Notes under the pieces: model-generated
What the model was told of the DNA's origin: nothing
Seen by the model: only the letters and a program-made list of their open reading frames with translations
Databases searched by the model: none
Shown: piece after piece, positions 16,517 through 23,274 of the stretch
Numbering within the stretch: position 1 is the first letter of the stretch
Layout of the letters: the number at the start of each line of letters is the position of its first letter
Assembly: GCA_030833905.1 (NCBI GenBank)
Contig: JAURGG010000001.1
Location: 19,411-83,410 of the forward strand
Direction: 5' to 3'
Source of the DNA: Schleiferiaceae bacterium
Lineage (GTDB): Bacteria > Bacteroidota > Bacteroidia > Flavobacteriales > Schleiferiaceae
DNA length: 64,000 bases
Made by a program: the position numbers and the translations under genes

Positions 16517-17037
16517 ACCGCTCGGCCTTTCTCGGCGTCGCGGGCCATGGTGGACCCTGGGCAGACTATGCCTTTACTGCAGTTTCAAACATTTGGGTCG
16601 CCCTCGCCGTATGGCTCCTCTTTTGGGCGGCACAGCGCCCCAAATTCTCACTGAGCGCCTGGTTTTGGCTATTGATCACTCTTGTGGCGGCCTTTGCCGC
16701 TACTGACTGGGTCGCGACCCTTCTCAAAAACAGCATCGAACGCCCTCGGCCGTGCTGGGCCCTCGAAGGTGAATTTCGCGCCGTGGCCACGTGCCGCGGA
16801 GCCTTCGGCTTTGTTTCAGGTCATGCGGCGACCACGTGGGCCTTACTTACCGTGTACATGGCGTCGCGTCCCGCACGATGGCTCACGGCGTTGGCCGTGG
16901 TGTGGGCGTTGGCGGTCCCATTTTCACGCGTATACCTCGGGGTGCACTACCCGGGCGACGTGCTTGCCGGGGCACTTCTCGGAATCGCAATCGGTCGCCT
17001 CGTTCTTCGCCTTCGTCCCCTAACTTCGGGACAATGA
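16486..17037 (+). CDS. PAP2 superfamily phosphatase (membrane)
   Basis: 183 aa with KNSIERPRP, SGH and SRVYLGVHYPGDV acid-phosphatase motifs plus TM helices. GTG start, overlapping the obg end by 31 nt. Confidence 0.8.
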   Translation: MGFIESLDRLDRSAFLGVAGHGGPWADYAFTAVSNIWVALAVWLLFWAAQRPKFSLSAWFWLLITLVAAFAATDWVATLLKNSIERPRPCWALEGEFRAVATCRGAFGFVSGHAATTWALLTVYMASRPARWLTALAVVWALAVPFSRVYLGVHYPGDVLAGALLGIAIGRLVLRLRPLTSGQ

Positions 17038-17396
17038 ATCCGTTTGCCGTAGCCTTGGGCGGAGCCTTTGGCAGTCTACTTCGCTGGTCACTGACGGTCC
17101 TGCTCAAGCGCGCAGAGGCCCCGCTCCTCACCGCATCTGCCGCCACCCTAGTGGCCAACGTCGCAGCGGCAGCATTACTTGGCTACCTCATGGCTCGGCC
17201 CCACCCCGACGCACGGATTCAGCTTGCTCTCGCCACGGGGCTGTGCGGCGGATTCAGCACCATGAGCACCTTTAGTTGGGAAGCCCTACAGTGGGCCAAA
17301 ACAGGCTCGTGGCTGATGGCTCTAGGGTACCTCACCGCAACGTTGGTGCTGAGTATCGGCGCTGCCGCCGCAGCCTACGCCTTAGCGAACAAGTAG
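17034..17396 (+). CDS. crcB: fluoride ion channel CrcB/FluC
   Basis: 120 aa from the ATG at 17034 (ATGA overlap with the PAP2 stop): MNPFAVALGGAFGSLLRW...GLCGGFSTMSTF, the CrcB signature. Confidence 0.9.
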   Translation: MNPFAVALGGAFGSLLRWSLTVLLKRAEAPLLTASAATLVANVAAAALLGYLMARPHPDARIQLALATGLCGGFSTMSTFSWEALQWAKTGSWLMALGYLTATLVLSIGAAAAAYALANK

Positions 17397-19574
17397 TACG
17401 ACGCCCTGCTGCTCGACGGGGGAATCCCCAAAATCAAGCGTAAACAGCGACCAGACATAGGCGCCCTCGGGGCATTCGGCTCCGACGTTATGTACGCGTC
17501 CGTTCCATTCCTCAAGTGCATCTTCGGACCGAAAGACCACGTTGCCCCAGCGGTCCATAATGTGAAGGCGGTACTGTGTGATGCCTGTTGCCACGGGACG
17601 AAAGCCCTCGTTGCTTCCGTCTCCGTTGGGAGTGAAGGCCGTCGGAGACCACACGTTGTAAATCGGGTTGACGCGAACCGAGTCCACCAGAGTGTCCCAG
17701 CACCCAAACTGATTTACGGCGATGCGGCGCACCACAAAGGTTCCGGTATCGCGGTAGAGGTGTACGACAAAGGCCTCTTGGGCGTACAGAGACGAATCAC
17801 CCATGTCAAACCAGAACTGCTCGTCGGCGTCCACTGAATCAGCACGCACCTGAACCAAAGGCTGGTAAATCGACACCGTCTTGGGCGCAATCGTCATACC
17901 CAGTATAGGTCGGGGGTTGACCCGAATGGCTCCCGGGAACACCTTTTCGACTGTATCGCGGCAGCCGGTTTCGGTCCACATCCGCACCCGAACGTCGTAG
18001 AGTCCCGGGATCGTGTAGGTATGCACCGGCACGTCCACACTGTCGCCAAAGCCGTCTCCGAAGTCCCATTCCATAAAGTGTGTGCGCCGCGAAAAGGCTC
18101 CGGCATCAAACACGACGGTGTAGGGCTCGCAACCTACCCACGGCCCAATGGTGCTGTCAAGGCGTGGCCGCGGGTCGACCACCACTGAATCGAGGTAGGT
18201 TTCGTCGCAGGACTTAGACTGAATGCGCAGGGTGACGGGGTAGGTTCCGGGCTGCAAAAATTGAATCGGTGGCGGGAATTCTCCCGACCAATTTGCCAGC
18301 GACGCCTCCCCCGGAGCACCAAACGTCCAATCAAACTGTGCGCCGTCAAACCAGGTTCCGAATGCAGTAAACGTGACGGGCTGCTGGTCAAAGCAGGGGC
18401 CGCCGTCGTGCGTAAAGCTTGGATTGATGGGCGGGTAAATATGAAACTTGACGCGGTCGGTGTCGGCACAGGGCCAGCCTGGATTGGCCACAAGCGTTAC
18501 CCAGTACTCGCCGGTATCGCTGAAGGTCCAGGTCGGAAAAGCCAAACGCGACGTATCGTCACTCCGGCTCGGATCGCCAAAATCCCACCAAAACGTCGAC
18601 GCGTTAATGGACTCGTGAAAAAACGGAACCGTCGCCCCAATGCAAATCTGCTCGGGATCGTCTACTTCTGAAACGATGTCTGCCTTGATGAACGCTTGGC
18701 ATGAAGTCACATTGAATTGGTAGTCGCGGCGGACCGTATTCAAAAGTGCCCCACTGCGCCATTCCTCTACCTCGATGGCCAGTACGAACTGTCCGGTGAC
18801 ATTGAGAAAACCTGTAAGCAGTCCCGTGGTGCCTGCAATGCTCAATGCAGGCGTTCCAGGTATCGGATTTGCGGCTGTCGACGGGTTCAAAAAAGTAATG
18901 GAAACGTAAGGCGGAGGAGCAGGGGGACTGGGCGCAGGGGTGTTGAACCCTGCTCCGTTGTTCTTTCCGCCCCCGTGCAGCGGGTTGACGAGTCGGTAGT
19001 ACAGCGAGTCGCCGTCGGGATCAGTGGCCGTGGTCGGAATCCGAAGGTTCTCCTGGTTGCACAGTACGATGGGCGGCAAGGTGTTCCATTGCGGGCTGTT
19101 GTTGCACTGGTCCATGGGCGGAATCCGCGTCGTCAGCGTCGAGCCCCAGTCGTCCGGAGTGGGGATGTTGCTAATCGTAGCGTTGCGGCAGCAGCGCTGC
19201 CAGGTGACGACGTAGCCGTTCGTACGCTGCGGAAGCTGAATCACCGTCGTGTAGGTCGCATACTCCGTGCAAATGTTGGGCGGAGCCTGAAGGCATGGAT
19301 TGCCCGTGTTTGCAGGAACCCCAATCGTGGCGCCCTTGTTGACTTGAAGGTTGTGGAGTAGCAGGTTTTGGATGCCGTCGTAAATTCCGATCGATACGGT
19401 GGGGTCGAGTTGGGCACCCGTGGAATTGCAGTCGCGGTAGACCACCAACTTGATTTGGTACTGGTTGTTGCCTATGCAGGTATACGTCAGCTCACCCCCC
19501 ACAAGGTGGGCAGCCTGAGCTGCGAGCCCCCAAAGGAGCAGCAGTGCTACGGTAAGTGTACGCAGTCGGACCAT
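17382..19574 (-). CDS. secreted T9SS type-B C-terminal-domain protein (Cys-rich N-terminal module, PKD-like repeats)
   Basis: 731 aa from the ATG at 19574: signal peptide MVRLRTLTVALLLLWGLAAQA, AHLVGGELTYTC module, WDFGD PKD-like repeats, and a C-terminus AFTPNGDGSNEGF...GAYVWSL. It is a paralog of 42906-44810. The tracked N-terminal extension is rejected because it overlaps the kinase gene. Confidence 0.85.
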   Translation of the reverse strand: MVRLRTLTVALLLLWGLAAQAAHLVGGELTYTCIGNNQYQIKLVVYRDCNSTGAQLDPTVSIGIYDGIQNLLLHNLQVNKGATIGVPANTGNPCLQAPPNICTEYATYTTVIQLPQRTNGYVVTWQRCCRNATISNIPTPDDWGSTLTTRIPPMDQCNNSPQWNTLPPIVLCNQENLRIPTTATDPDGDSLYYRLVNPLHGGGKNNGAGFNTPAPSPPAPPPYVSITFLNPSTAANPIPGTPALSIAGTTGLLTGFLNVTGQFVLAIEVEEWRSGALLNTVRRDYQFNVTSCQAFIKADIVSEVDDPEQICIGATVPFFHESINASTFWWDFGDPSRSDDTSRLAFPTWTFSDTGEYWVTLVANPGWPCADTDRVKFHIYPPINPSFTHDGGPCFDQQPVTFTAFGTWFDGAQFDWTFGAPGEASLANWSGEFPPPIQFLQPGTYPVTLRIQSKSCDETYLDSVVVDPRPRLDSTIGPWVGCEPYTVVFDAGAFSRRTHFMEWDFGDGFGDSVDVPVHTYTIPGLYDVRVRMWTETGCRDTVEKVFPGAIRVNPRPILGMTIAPKTVSIYQPLVQVRADSVDADEQFWFDMGDSSLYAQEAFVVHLYRDTGTFVVRRIAVNQFGCWDTLVDSVRVNPIYNVWSPTAFTPNGDGSNEGFRPVATGITQYRLHIMDRWGNVVFRSEDALEEWNGRVHNVGAECPEGAYVWSLFTLDFGDSPVEQQGVVLLVR

Positions 19575-20401
19575 GGCAGGGTATACAATCCCTTTCGTGA
19601 AAAATACGCCAAATCTTTGGGGTCGGGGCAGATGGCGAGGGCAAAGTCCCCTCCCCATGCGCCTAAGCTCTTCAGCGTCGCGGGAGCGTTGGGGAAGCGA
19701 TCCTGCACTCGAGGGGTGGCGATCCACTCCGCGGTACGTACTTCAAGTTCTTCGACGGTCGCGGACCATTCTGCGGCCGACTTGCCCGCTGCGAGTTGGT
19801 GGCTGAGGCGGCTAATAGTGTCAATTTCATCGCGAAGCGGCAGGCGCCTCGCTTTGGCCACCTCGACTTGGCTGTCTTGCTTCGCGCCGAGGTAGACAAG
19901 CCCAAAGTGATCTGTGGGCCAATGGCCTGACGCGATGCTGTGCCATTCGGCGGAATCTGTGCCCGTCTTTTGGTACATGAGCGCCCCGTTTGCACGGGCA
20001 CTCGCCACATCGAATCCTGACCCTTTGGATGTGGCAAAGTGGAGCGCCATGGCGTCCACGCCGGTCCATTGAGCGATCAAGTCGGTGAGGGTGGAGGACG
20101 ATCCCCATCCCCAGCTCCGTTCAAACTCAAGTCGGGTGGTGACGTGCCCGTGGGATGGCACGCTTCCGCCCAAATTTCGCGCTGCTTCGAGCAACTTCGC
20201 GAGGTGTGCGTCGCTCCATGCCTCGGCGTCGAGCCACGCATTCCCATGGACATCCAGGGCCGTCCACCCGAGGGGGAGGTCGGTATCTTGAAATTCAAGT
20301 GATTGACCCTTTTGAGTCGGAACCGCAAGCGATTCCGCGCCGTGGAGCACCCAGTATTCGCCGCTCAGCAGCAGCTTACCTGCGCTCCACCATTGGCTCA
20401 T
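19547..20401 (-). CDS. GYDIA-family GHMP kinase (mevalonate pathway associated)
   Basis: 284 aa from the ATG at 20401 (ATGA overlap with the HMGR stop). GHMP motif SWGWGSSST and a GFDVA motif corresponding to GYDIA. Adjacent to HMG-CoA reductase, as is usual in Flavobacteriia. Confidence 0.75.
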   Translation of the reverse strand: MSQWWSAGKLLLSGEYWVLHGAESLAVPTQKGQSLEFQDTDLPLGWTALDVHGNAWLDAEAWSDAHLAKLLEAARNLGGSVPSHGHVTTRLEFERSWGWGSSSTLTDLIAQWTGVDAMALHFATSKGSGFDVASARANGALMYQKTGTDSAEWHSIASGHWPTDHFGLVYLGAKQDSQVEVAKARRLPLRDEIDTISRLSHQLAAGKSAAEWSATVEELEVRTAEWIATPRVQDRFPNAPATLKSLGAWGGDFALAICPDPKDLAYFSRKGLYTLPWSDCVHLP

Positions 20402-21750
20402 CGCACTACGCCTTCTGCGGCCGGAACCGGGATTCCGCGCAACCTGCAAAACGCGGCAACCACTTCAGCATGGTGCGGAACCTTGTCAGTGAAAAATGCC
20501 GTCAATTCAGCTTTCTCGGCTTCGGTGGCCTCAAGCTGGTTGAGGATGTTCAGTAGGTGCATCTTCATGTGCCCCTTTTGAATTCCGGTTGTAGTGAGTG
20601 CGCGCAGGGCGGCGAAATTCTGTGCCAATCCCGAGGCGGCGATGATTCCCATGAGTTCTTCGGCACCGGGGTTCCCGAGGGACTCGAGTGCCAGCTGCAC
20701 CAGAGGGTGCAGCTTGGTAAGTCCACCCACGGTTCCGAGTGAAAGCGGAACCTCGATCCAAAAACGGAACTCGCCCTGGTCCACGGAACAGTGCGTAAGC
20801 GAGCGGTACTGGCCGTCGCGCGAAGCGTAAGTGTGGCACGCGGCCTCTACGGCACGAAAGTCGTTGCCCGTGGCGAGCACGACGGCGTCAATGCCGTTCA
20901 TGATGCCTTTGTTGTGCGTGGCCGCACGGTAGGGCTCTACCTCAGCAATGCGCACGGCACGTTGAAACTTCCGGGCAAATTCGTGCACGTCGACACCCGA
21001 TCCGTCGTCCAAATCTTCGAGGGCGCAGCGAACTTCAGAGCGCACGATGCATTCGGGCGTATAGTTGCTCAGAATGCACATCACCACTTCCAGATCTCCA
21101 CTGGCGGTTCCCGCGTCGGTGGCTGCTTCGAGGCGGAGCACCTTTGCCATCTCTTCGAGGCAGGAATTGATGAAGTTGGCCCCCATCGAATCGCGGGTTT
21201 CAAAGCGCACTTCGAGCTGAAAGTAGTCGTCCATGGCCGTCCGGCGGTCCTTGAGTTCGATGCTCAAGATGCCTCCGCCGCGCGCCCGCATGTTGGCGGT
21301 AATGCCTTCAGTTGCTGCGAGCAATTCAGGCTGAATCCGGGCCACCAAGGTGGTAAGGGCCGAAGCGTCGCCGGTAAACGTGAAGTGAATGTGGCCAATC
21401 TTCGTCGTGGACAAGACGGTTGACGTGAAGCCTCCGCGGTCCATCCAAAATTGGGCAGATTTCGCTGCAGCCGCGACCACCGAACTTTCTTCAATGGCCA
21501 TCGGAACCGTGTACACCTGACCGTTAATCAAAAAATTCGGTGCAACCCCCAACGGTAGGAAGTAGTTGGCTACCGTGTTTTCAATGAACTCGTCGTGGCG
21601 CTTTTGAACGCTTTCGTCGCCGTGGTTGTACGAAGCGATGAGTGCCTGACCTTGCTCCGGGTTGTTCAGGTGCTGCTCGGTGAGCCAGGTGATTTTGGCG
21701 GATTTACTCAGCTTCGAAAAGCCACGAATTTGAAGGTTGCTGCGCTTCAT
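20398..21750 (-). CDS. hydroxymethylglutaryl-CoA reductase (class II)
   Basis: 450 aa with ENTVANYFLPLGVAPNFLING..YTVPMAIEESSVVAA and the rest of the class II HMGR core. Confidence 0.92.
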   Translation of the reverse strand: MKRSNLQIRGFSKLSKSAKITWLTEQHLNNPEQGQALIASYNHGDESVQKRHDEFIENTVANYFLPLGVAPNFLINGQVYTVPMAIEESSVVAAAAKSAQFWMDRGGFTSTVLSTTKIGHIHFTFTGDASALTTLVARIQPELLAATEGITANMRARGGGILSIELKDRRTAMDDYFQLEVRFETRDSMGANFINSCLEEMAKVLRLEAATDAGTASGDLEVVMCILSNYTPECIVRSEVRCALEDLDDGSGVDVHEFARKFQRAVRIAEVEPYRAATHNKGIMNGIDAVVLATGNDFRAVEAACHTYASRDGQYRSLTHCSVDQGEFRFWIEVPLSLGTVGGLTKLHPLVQLALESLGNPGAEELMGIIAASGLAQNFAALRALTTTGIQKGHMKMHLLNILNQLEATEAEKAELTAFFTDKVPHHAEVVAAFCRLRGIPVPAAEGVVR

Positions 21751-21765
21751 GTCTAAGGTTTAATG

Positions 21766-21773
21766 CAAAAGTA
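21766..21773 (-). promoter_or_regulatory. -7 box TACTTTTG, 15 nt upstream of the HMGR ATG
   Basis: Exact TAnnTTTG match on the minus strand. Confidence 0.55.
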
Positions 21774-21778
21774 ACCGC

Positions 21779-22087
21779 TTAACGCCCGAGAGGTTCAACA
21801 AAACGCCAAATTCCTGCCCCTGTAAAGTAGGCGACAACGTCTAAAGTGTCGGCTGTAAAGCGAGGGTCAAAGCGCGGAATCCAGAACTCAAATGCAGCGG
21901 CAAGGACCGCGGTAAATCCGAGGACTGACCACCAAGACAATAAAAAACCAGGTTGAACTCTCCGTGCTACCATGCTTGGAATTCCTAATGCCACCGGAAC
22001 CGTACACAATGGATCCATGTACGAATCGGCCCAGATTAGGTGAATGTCTACTGCGAGGAGTGCCTGATGCGCCACAAATGCGCCCAA
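21779..22087 (-). CDS. small polytopic membrane protein (family I recall being database-labelled magnesium citrate secondary transporter); start uncertain
   Basis: Coding-like frame from 22111 down to 21779 (LNPLALIALGAFV...DSYMDPLCTVPVALGI...DTLDVVAYFTGAGIW). No ATG/GTG/TTG occurs near the expected N-terminus. Candidates are TTG 22087 and ATG 22018. The tracked ATG at 22234 overlaps the zinc-ribbon gene by 127 nt and encodes R/G-rich off-frame-looking sequence. Confidence 0.4.
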   Translation of the reverse strand: MGAFVAHQALLAVDIHLIWADSYMDPLCTVPVALGIPSMVARRVQPGFLLSWWSVLGFTAVLAAAFEFWIPRFDPRFTADTLDVVAYFTGAGIWRFVEPLGR

Positions 22088-22107
22088 GGCAATTAGGGCC
22101 AGTGGAT

Positions 22108-22386
22108 TTAAACCGCTACCCAGTACGCCATCCAGGCGACGGCGCCCCCCACGGCGAGCACCATCCAGTTCAGTGCCTTTCCGGTGTTGATGAGGCTTCG
22201 CTTCCACGAGGGGATCTTTGGGTCGGTGTTCCATTCCATAGCAGGCATTTCAAATGCTTTAAATCGTTCCGGATTGCCTTGATTGGCAAAGGTGCTGTGT
22301 ACGTTGCGCGGAGTGCGGCACGAGGCGCAGCGGTCTGGGTCCTCGCCCCAATCGCCGCAGTGGGTGCATTTTAGCTGGGTAGCCAT
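22108..22386 (-). CDS. zinc-ribbon protein with C-terminal TM helix (hypothetical)
   Basis: 92 aa: MATQLKCTHCGDWGEDPDRCASCRTP... (CxxC-x10-CxxC) ending in the hydrophobic stretch NWMVLAVGGAVAWMAYWVAV. GC3-rich codons, with a -7 box 4 nt upstream of the ATG. Confidence 0.6.
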   Translation of the reverse strand: MATQLKCTHCGDWGEDPDRCASCRTPRNVHSTFANQGNPERFKAFEMPAMEWNTDPKIPSWKRSLINTGKALNWMVLAVGGAVAWMAYWVAV

Positions 22387-22390
22387 GCTG

Positions 22391-22398
22391 CAAAGTTA
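22391..22398 (-). promoter_or_regulatory. -7 box TAACTTTG, 4 nt upstream of the zinc-ribbon gene ATG
   Basis: The minus strand reads TAACTTTG-CAGC-ATG, immediately after the tRNA-Phe terminator. Confidence 0.5.
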
Positions 22399-22420
22399 CG
22401 AAACAGCCATGGCGCAGAAG

Positions 22421-22450
22421 AAAAAAAGCCCCCCAGAAAACTGAGGGGCT
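22421..22450 (-). terminator. rho-independent terminator of tRNA-Phe
   Basis: The minus strand reads GCCCCTCAG-TTTT-CTGGGGGGC (one mismatch) followed by TTTTTTT. Confidence 0.8.
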
Positions 22451-22459
22451 TTGCGATTT

Positions 22460-22535
22460 TGGTGGTTCGGGGCGGAATCGAACCGTCGACACATGGATTT
22501 TCAGTCCATTGCTCTACCAACTGAGCTACCGAACC
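22460..22535 (-). tRNA. tRNA-Phe (GAA), CCA encoded
   Basis: GGTTCGGTAGCTCAGTTGGTAGAGCAATGGACTGAAAATCCATGTGTCGACGGTTCGATTCCGCCCCGAACCACCA folds as a cloverleaf: 7-bp acceptor stem, GCTC/GAGC D stem, ATGGA/TCCAT anticodon stem and loop CTGAAAA. The T stem has one A-C mismatch. Confidence 0.97.
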
Positions 22536-22548
22536 AAAATCGGGAGCG

Positions 22549-22556
22549 CAAATGTA
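22549..22556 (-). promoter_or_regulatory. -7 box TACATTTG, 13 nt upstream of the tRNA-Phe 5' end
   Basis: Exact TAnnTTTG match on the minus strand. Confidence 0.55.
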
Positions 22557-22572
22557 ATGCGCAAATTCGAAA

Positions 22573-22580
22573 TACCTTTG
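22573..22580 (+). promoter_or_regulatory. -7 box TACCTTTG, 10 nt upstream of the coaX ATG
   Basis: Exact TAnnTTTG match, divergent from the tRNA promoter. Confidence 0.5.
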
Positions 22581-22590
22581 CGTTTGAAGC

Positions 22591-23274
22591 ATGATTTCTG
22601 TAGACGCCGGCAACACACGTATCAAAGTATTGATTTTCAATCAAGACGGAAGCGTGCAGTGCCAGAAAACCTGGCCGCGTACTGCGAAAGAAGAGTGTGA
22701 AGTCTGGCTTCAGACCCTTGACGATCCCATTTCCATTTGCGATTCATCAGGTGGGCATTGGATCGTGGGAAGCGTCGTTACCTCTCGCGCGGCATGGAGT
22801 TTTGAAGTGGACTACTCCGACACTGCGGGGGTGGATCGCCTAGCAGCAATCGAAGGTGCGCGCACACACTACCCTGATCTGCCTTTACTCCTTATCTCAC
22901 TCGGGACTTGCTTGACCTACAGCTACCTTTCGCACGACGGGCGCTTTCAAGGCGGAGCCATTGCGCCAGGATGGTCCACCCGGCTGAAGGCGATGCACGA
23001 GCACACCGGAAGCCTGCCTGATCTAGAGGCTGCAGTTGAACTTGGTTCCGACCCTCGAACCCAATCGACGGCACAAAGCATGCGGCGAGGAGCAGCTCAA
23101 GGAATGGTGGATGAAATCAATGCAGAGATCGAGCGCTTTGAAAAAATTAATCCAGAATTAACAGTCCTCGTCACCGGTGGCGATGGCCCAACTTTTGTCA
23201 ATCATTTGAAAAAGGGCATCTTTGCCGACGAAAATTGGGTTGCCAGAGGACTCTGGGCCCTAGCACAAGAATGA
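22591..23274 (+). CDS. coaX: type III pantothenate kinase
   Basis: 227 aa: MISVDAGNTRIKV..., an ASKHA-fold CoaX pattern with GVDRLAA and GGDG near the C-terminus. Confidence 0.9.
   Translation: MISVDAGNTRIKVLIFNQDGSVQCQKTWPRTAKEECEVWLQTLDDPISICDSSGGHWIVGSVVTSRAAWSFEVDYSDTAGVDRLAAIEGARTHYPDLPLLLISLGTCLTYSYLSHDGRFQGGAIAPGWSTRLKAMHEHTGSLPDLEAAVELGSDPRTQSTAQSMRRGAAQGMVDEINAEIERFEKINPELTVLVTGGDGPTFVNHLKKGIFADENWVARGLWALAQE

Noticed and set aside
16980-17040. Fluoride riboswitch upstream of crcB
   Set aside because: No non-coding leader exists because of the ATGA overlap with the PAP2 gene. I see no crcB-motif-like conserved sequence nearby.
20791-21423. 210-aa plus-strand ORF inside the HMG-CoA reductase gene
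   Set aside because: It lies antisense to a well-supported gene. No motifs.
22100-22115. Possible programmed -1 ribosomal frameshift joining the zinc-ribbon ORF to the downstream membrane ORF at GGTTTAAAT
   Set aside because: The heptamer T TTA AAT is in phase with the downstream frame, not the upstream one. Slipping from GUU back to GGU would leave a mismatched P-site pairing, and I see no downstream stimulatory structure. An indel, a sequencing error or an alternative start is more likely, so I kept it as a lower-key finding instead.
22387-22590. tRNA-Phe as an integration hotspot for a genomic island
   Set aside because: There is no integrase, no direct repeat of the tRNA 3' end and no compositional break on either side. 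The flanking genes are housekeeping (coaX, mevalonate pathway).
22371-22640. 89-aa minus-strand ORF
   Set aside because: It reads straight through the tRNA-Phe gene and both flanking promoters. The peptide segment GSVAQLVEQWTENPCVDGSIPP is simply translated tRNA sequence.
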